Shown here: positions 62,286-64,000 of the stretch, one piece after another | How the letters are laid out: the number at the start of each line of letters is the position of its first letter | Position numbering within the stretch: position 1 is the first letter of the stretch | From: Sminthopsis crassicaudata | Lineage: Eukaryota | DNA: 64,000 bases | NCBI RefSeq assembly: GCF_048593235.1 | Contig: NC_133620.1 | Location: 332,645,765 to 332,709,764 of the forward strand | Reading direction: 5' to 3' | Made by a program: the position numbers and the translations under genes | Notes under the pieces: generated by a model | Told to the model about the DNA's origin: nothing | Databases searched by the model: none | The model's input: the letters and a program-made list of their open reading frames with translations, nothing else

Positions 62286-64000
62286 ATATGACAGTGTTTA
62301 CGGAAACTGTTCATTGCCAGAACTGAGGTGCTAGGACTGCTCCAGCTGTGCTAATGATTCAAGTAAAAATAATATTCCTTAAATGACTAAGGGAAAAACA
62401 AACAAACAAACAAACAAAAAAAAAACCCTTTTTTTGTGAATAACAGTTTTCAGAAAAGAAAAAGCAAAGTAGACAGATAGGGGGAAAAACAATTAAAAGG
62501 ATACATTGACAAAAGCATCACCTTTCTTTGGTTTCTAGAAGTCATTTCTTTTCAACAAGGACATAGAAAATATTGCAGTTACATAAAGTAATCAGTCAAT
62601 AATACAATCAATCAATGGATAGGAGCAACAAAGCCTGTGCTTGAAAACTTGAATTTGTCTTCAAAGCTTTGTCATACACAATAGAATCATGCTTTATTTG
62701 AATTAATTTCGTTTAACTGATTTTTAAGAAACTATGCTCTCTACTTTGTATTACTATCTAGGACCCTACCTAGGTGACACAATAGAAAGTTGGTCCCTTC
62801 TCTGTAAGTCACAGTCCCAGAGACTTTGGGGGGATTTGTCCATTAAGCAAGGAACCTAGGACTTCCTAGCTTTAAGATCCCTCCATTATCCACCATACCA
62901 TGATGTCTAAAATAAACTTTACCCTTTTTGAGAAGATAGGTCTACATTCAAAAGAAAAGCCAGAGGTCATTCTCCATTGTACAGATGAGAGAATCAAGGT
63001 CCAGAATGGTTAACTATTACAAAAGTTACACAAAGTAATAAGTAGCAGAGAAATGATTTGAACTGAAGTTCCACAACCCTAAGCTCAACACTTTGCTGTC
63101 CAACAATGACTTTCTTATAATTGTATTATTATTACTTTGAAAGATTGAGAATTTCTGGCCAAGAACGTATATTATTTTGCTTTGGTCTACTAAGAAATGG
63201 CTAGGATATATTTTTTTTAATTGGAATTGTTTCTAGCTTTCATCCTAAACATATATGCACGCAAATTTTATATATCTACATCGATCTATGAGAAAGAAAC
63301 CAGTTGAGCAGAAAGACAAACCAAAGATGACTGACTTTCCAGTGCTTATTATAAGGAACCTATCAGAAAATCTCTTCTTGGAGAGCCATGGTGAACCCCA
63401 GATAGCCTGGGGCGCATATTCAATGTTCCTTTCTCCCCAACTTCCCTTAGCCTTAATAATGTTGACTCAGGGAAGCCAAGCCTGGAAAAGAACTACAACA
63501 AACCATCCCGGTCAGGCTTTGCCTCAATAGGCCAACTTCATGTACCATGCTATAGGGCCCGATGGGGCTAGGCTCTTGTAGAAAGACTGGCTTCCCTGCC
63601 TGCTCACATCCAAGATCACGACCTTTAGCCAATCTTCATTAACAGACAAACGTGAGAAGGGAGGGAAGAGTCATGAATGTCAAAATGCTGCAGAGGGCTT
63701 GGGCTCAGGAGCTGGTACTAAATGGTCACCCTCCCCACTTGGGATAATTATATATTACTAATGGGTTAACCTTCTCAGGTGTTTAGAGAATTGCCATCTG
63801 CTCACAGCCAAGGCCTGAGTTTGACAGGCAAGGGGAATGAAGTCTGATTATAACAACACACCAAGTTTTAACTGTTTTCATCTCTGTCTCTTACTGCCAG
63901 CTTCCTTTACCTGACCCTCACTAGCAACGGGGGAGAGCAGTGAGAGGCCCTTCAGAGAGCAGAGTGAAGGGATTTTGCTGATCTAGGAACCTTATATTTC

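Larger units (their letters stand above)
46287..64000 (-). other. SLC39A11: Intron upstream of the SLC39A11 exon (previous exon not found in the window)
   Basis: Ends in a polypyrimidine tract plus AG at 46287. No ZIP11-like upstream exon (…SELSIRI) was seen. Confidence 0.75.

Overview
AT-rich, CpG-depleted marsupial genomic DNA. The CORE-SINE, MAR1 and L1 types point to a dasyurid such as a dunnart, antechinus or devil (inference). The only protein-coding feature I can support is one 171-nt phase-1/phase-1 internal exon on the minus strand (46116-46286). It encodes DKSENGEAY...SWRRILLLILAITVHNIP(E) of the zinc transporter SLC39A11/ZIP11, so the rest of the window is most likely two large introns of that gene. 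The introns are filled with repeats: L1 (several with target-site duplications, TSDs), L2, MIR, MAR1 and tRNA-headed SINEs, a near full-length CR1/L3 fossil, three solo LTRs, hAT MITEs and a Tc1/mariner fossil. There is also a 134-N assembly gap. The points most worth a second look are: (i) a young-looking, CpG-rich 528-bp Tc2/pogo-type MITE with perfect 23-bp terminal inverted repeats (TIRs); (ii) a 120-bp, 92.5% identical inverted repeat that belongs to a three-copy hairpin cluster and abuts a scrambled palindromic patch; (iii) a 91-bp near-perfect templated copy bridging a deleted L1; (iv) a cluster of LTRs, at least two in the host-sense orientation; (v) an E-box/TALE motif cluster. I found no clearly new biological system. 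Repeat family names and reference protein sequences are recalled from memory, not from database searches, and many repeat boundaries are approximate.
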